Of a DNA stretch of 52,664 nucleotides, positions 49,468 to 52,664 are shown piece by piece; position 1 is the stretch's first letter; every line of letters starts with the position of its first letter. The translations under genes and the position numbers were made by a program. The notes below the pieces were generated by a model. The model made no database searches. It had not been told where the DNA came from and saw only the letters and a program-made list of their open reading frames with translations. Source of the DNA: Octopus bimaculoides (lineage: Eukaryota). The stretch lies in assembly GCF_001194135.2 (NCBI RefSeq), contig NC_068995.1, positions 44,960,054 to 45,012,717 of the forward strand, given 5' to 3'.

Positions 49468-50033
49468 TACCGGGTGTGGAAGGTATTTGAGGACATACCG
49501 TTTTTTGGATCATTGCTGCAGTTTTTGTTAACTCTGTATAATCTTTGTTTTAGAAAATAGTAATGGCAGACCCTCAGCTTACTCAAGAAATGAAGATGTA
49601 CACTGTTATTGTGGTTATAAAGGCTGAACATAGCGATTTAGAAATATCTTGATTTTTAAAAGTTGCCAGATCTTTCGTCTACAAAGTTTGAAAAGAGCTA
49701 GAGACTGAAGATGGAAATGTATTACCAGTATCTAAGCATAAAAAGCATTCTAAACACTCTGAAATCATCAGAACACCTGAATTTATCCAGTAAGTTCAAC
49801 AGACCATTGATTACAATCCCAGAAAGTCCATGAGGTCAATTGCAAAAAATCTCCATGTGTCAGAAGGAACAGTCAGAAATGTTGTCTACGAAGACATCAG
49901 ATATAAGTCTTATATGATGAGGAAAGGTCAGTTTGTCAGAAAATGCAAAAAGAAATCACTACATCAGATTCTAAAAGGCCCTTAAACAAACTGAAAAATC
50001 CAGCAGAAGAAGATTTGATTTGGTTTTTCTCAA
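49468..50033 (+). mobile_element. Tc1/mariner-superfamily 5' fragment, probably DD37D (maT/Bmmar1-like)
   Basis: Starts TA-ccgggtgt; decayed ORF ...IRTPEFIQ-VQQTIDYNPRKSMRSIAKNLHVSEGTVRNVVYEDIRYKSYMMRKGQF resembles the DD37D N-terminal HTH. Subfamily is inferred because the catalytic domain is absent. Confidence 0.7.
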
Positions 50034-50156
50034 ACTGGTACTTTATTTTAAATGCAAATTTGACCCCACTGGAGTGTAAACTTGGAACAGGGTGAATCAG
50101 AAGAAATAGCTCTTGGCATTTTGTCTAATGCTCTAATGAGCCTGCCAAAAACCACC

Positions 50157-50188
<32 letters not shown>

Positions 50189-50689
50189 CAACATCATTTA
50201 GCATCTGTTTTCCATGCTGGCATGGATAAGACTGTTTGACTGGAGAGCTGCACTGGGCTCCCATCAGTTTTGGCTTGGTTTCTATGGTTGGACACCCTTT
50301 CTAATTCCAACCTCTCCACAAGTCTGTAAAGGGTCAAGGACACTACTCTCCACCCATTTTTTTTTTCTTGCTGAGTTTTGAGGCGGGAACAGAACTGTTG
50401 ACCCTTTACAGGGCCTTCTCAGACTGGTGAGCTCGATGCCACTAATATTATGTTTAAAGTGTTGCCGGTCAATGGGGGTGGGTTAGGGGTATAATGTTTT
50501 GGGAAAGGAGGAGTTTAGATAGAAGGGTTAGGGTGACTAAAAGCTAAAAACAAAACAAAAAAAGATATATTGAAAATCCTACTCCAGTAGAACTGTCATG
50601 TCCTTTCATACCCTCTGGGGTCAATATCAATACAAGTTATGGGCTGGTGGCCAAATCAACTACAACAATGGAGAGTTATACAGATCATG

Positions 50690-50803
50690 TTACGATGACG
50701 ATGACAATGGCGATGACGATGGCGATGACGATAACAATGACAATGACAAACATCACTACTACTGCTGCTTCTTCTTCTTCTTCTTCTTCTGCTGCTGCTG
50801 CTG

Positions 50804-50840
<37 letters not shown>

Positions 50841-50860
50841 CACTACCACTACTACTACTA
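50690..50860. repeat. Compound trinucleotide microsatellite
   Basis: Successive GAC/GAT, TGC, TTC, TGC and TAC tracts. Confidence 0.95.
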
Positions 50861-51684
50861 GGCAGTATCCTTATACATGCTCTGCTGAAATTCAGCCGCC
50901 ACTTGTCATGGTCTATTTGTTTCGGATTCCCAGACTGTGTCAGCTTTAAATGTAATTTCCTATGACTTGTGATATCTGCATAACAACTGACAGCTTAGCA
51001 GGTCTGGTTGATTGTTGCTGATCTAAGCCTATGTAATAGCAACAACACTAACCACAGTTGGTTGTGTCTGATGAATTATCATCATCATCATCATCATCAT
51101 CATCGTTATCATCAACAGCAATAACAAAATCTCTTTCAGGCTTCTTAGTCTGGTTTGACCTGGGGCCAAGCAACAGCACCCAATGCCACATAAAAGCACT
51201 TGTACCGGTGCCACATTAAAGGCATCCCAATCCATTCTGTAAAGTGATTGGTGTTATTCAACCATAGAAACCACAGCAAAGCAAACTAAATGGAGCCTGG
51301 GCAGCTCTTCAGCTGACCAGCCTCTGTCAAACCATCTAACCCATGCCAGCATGGAGAATGAATGTTAAATGATGATGATGAGCCATGCTGGAGCACCGCC
51401 TTTAGTCGAACAAGTCGACTCCAGTACTTATTCTTTGTAAGCCTAGTACTTATTCTATCGTTCTCTTTTGCCGAACCCCTAAGTTATGGGGACATGAACA
51501 CACCAACATCAGTTGTCAAGCGATGGTGGTGGGGACAAACACTAACACAGACACACACACACACATACATGTATATGACGAGCTTCTTTCAGTTTCCGTC
51601 TACCAAGTCCACTCACAAGGCTTTGGTTGGCCTGAGGCTATAGTACAAGACACTTGCCCAAGATGCCACACAGTGGGACTGAAC

Positions 51685-52345
51685 CTGCTCACGGAAGATC
51701 AAAAGTAGTCACGACTGAATGCGTGTCCTGAACTGAAAGAACAGTTGGAATTTGATCTGAACCTTTTTCTGAAGGTCATCATTGGTGATGAAAGCTGGTT
51801 TTATGGCAAACGGCTTGGAAATGAAGCAGCAATCAAGTCAATGGAAGTATTCAACGTCACCACATCCCAAAAGCGTGTCAAGTGAAGTCCAATGTCAAGA
51901 TGATGCTGATTTGTTTTATCGATGTAAAAGGAATTGTCCACAAAGAATTTGTTCTTCCTGGTCAAACTGTTAACCAGACATTTTACTTGGCAGTTCTGAA
52001 GTGTTTGCGAGACTCTGTGAGGCAAAAATGCCCCACCCTGTGGCAAAGTGGAGAGCGGTGATTTCATCATGGCAATGTGCCTGTGCATACCACCTTGAGT
52101 GTGAGATAGTTTTTACCAAAAAATGGCATGACCTTGCTTACCCACGCTCCCTATTTGTTCAATCTTGCTCTCTGTGACTCTTTTCTGTTCCCCTGAATGA
52201 AAAAAAATCCTTAAAGGAAAATGTTTTGCGGATGTGGAAGAGGTAAAGGATAAAACGACAGAGGGGTTAAAAGGCATCAATTCACAGGAGTTCCAGAACT
52301 GCTTCAAACAGTGGAAAACACGTCTGGACTGATGCATTGCCAGCC
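51685..52345 (+). mobile_element. Decayed mariner catalytic domain (DD34D)
   Basis: Hand translation LTEDQK...IIGDESWFY...QQSSQW...MLICFIDVKGIVHKEFVLPGQTVNQTFY...FHHGNVPVH...PYLFNLALCDSFLFP with several stops. Confidence 0.9.
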
Positions 52346-52664
52346 AGTCATCCATCCATCCATCCATCCATCCATCCAGCCGGTCAACCAACGGGCCAGC
52401 CATCCAGCCATGTGTGTGTGTGTGTATGCGTTTATATATGTATGTATAATAATAAATCTCAGGGTAGCAAAAAAAATTTTAGAAATTCTATTTGTTACCA
52501 GTGGTCTATCGAGAAGAAAAAATTAGTTAATAGACTATATATTATTCATTTAAATACAGTGTACGTTTAAACATATCATCCCTAATTGTGGTGTGGAGTT
52601 TTGACTGCTCCTTCTAGCGGGTTAGATGTCCTATGTATGTATATATATATATATATATATATAT

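Noticed and set aside
50876-50975. Candidate upstream exon for the ankyrin gene (ITSHRKLHLK...NFSRA)
   Set aside because: Weak donor (GTATAA), ends in phase 1 whereas phase 2 is required, and has no ANK-like motif.

Overview
AT-rich animal genomic DNA dominated by (TA)n/(CA)n/(ATG)n microsatellites, tRNA-derived SINEs and decayed RTE, mariner and Penelope-like elements, with nine N-gaps. The repeat landscape resembles an Octopus genome (inference from recalled SINE families, not a search result). Two protein-coding loci are supported, both on the minus strand. (1) A multi-exon ankyrin-repeat gene: I joined 10 exons by hand (47357 to 33671) with canonical AG/GT sites and matching phases, giving 600 aa with no internal stop. 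Its 5' exons were not found and are probably beyond the window; four of these exons are not translated in their coding frame in the supplied ORF track. (2) A 1.16-kb coding exon (20691-21850) for a ~380-aa protein weakly reminiscent of CCDC190. Almost all other listed ORFs are microsatellite, N-gap or transposon artefacts. The most unusual non-coding observations are three near-perfect short hairpins in or just upstream of the ankyrin gene, a Penelope-like RT remnant with an 82-bp inverted duplication, a 12-bp AGGTCATGTGAT array, and several clean nested insertions with TSDs or TIRs. No clearly new biological system is demonstrated. The hairpins and the Cys/His C-terminal motif of the ankyrin protein are the best leads.
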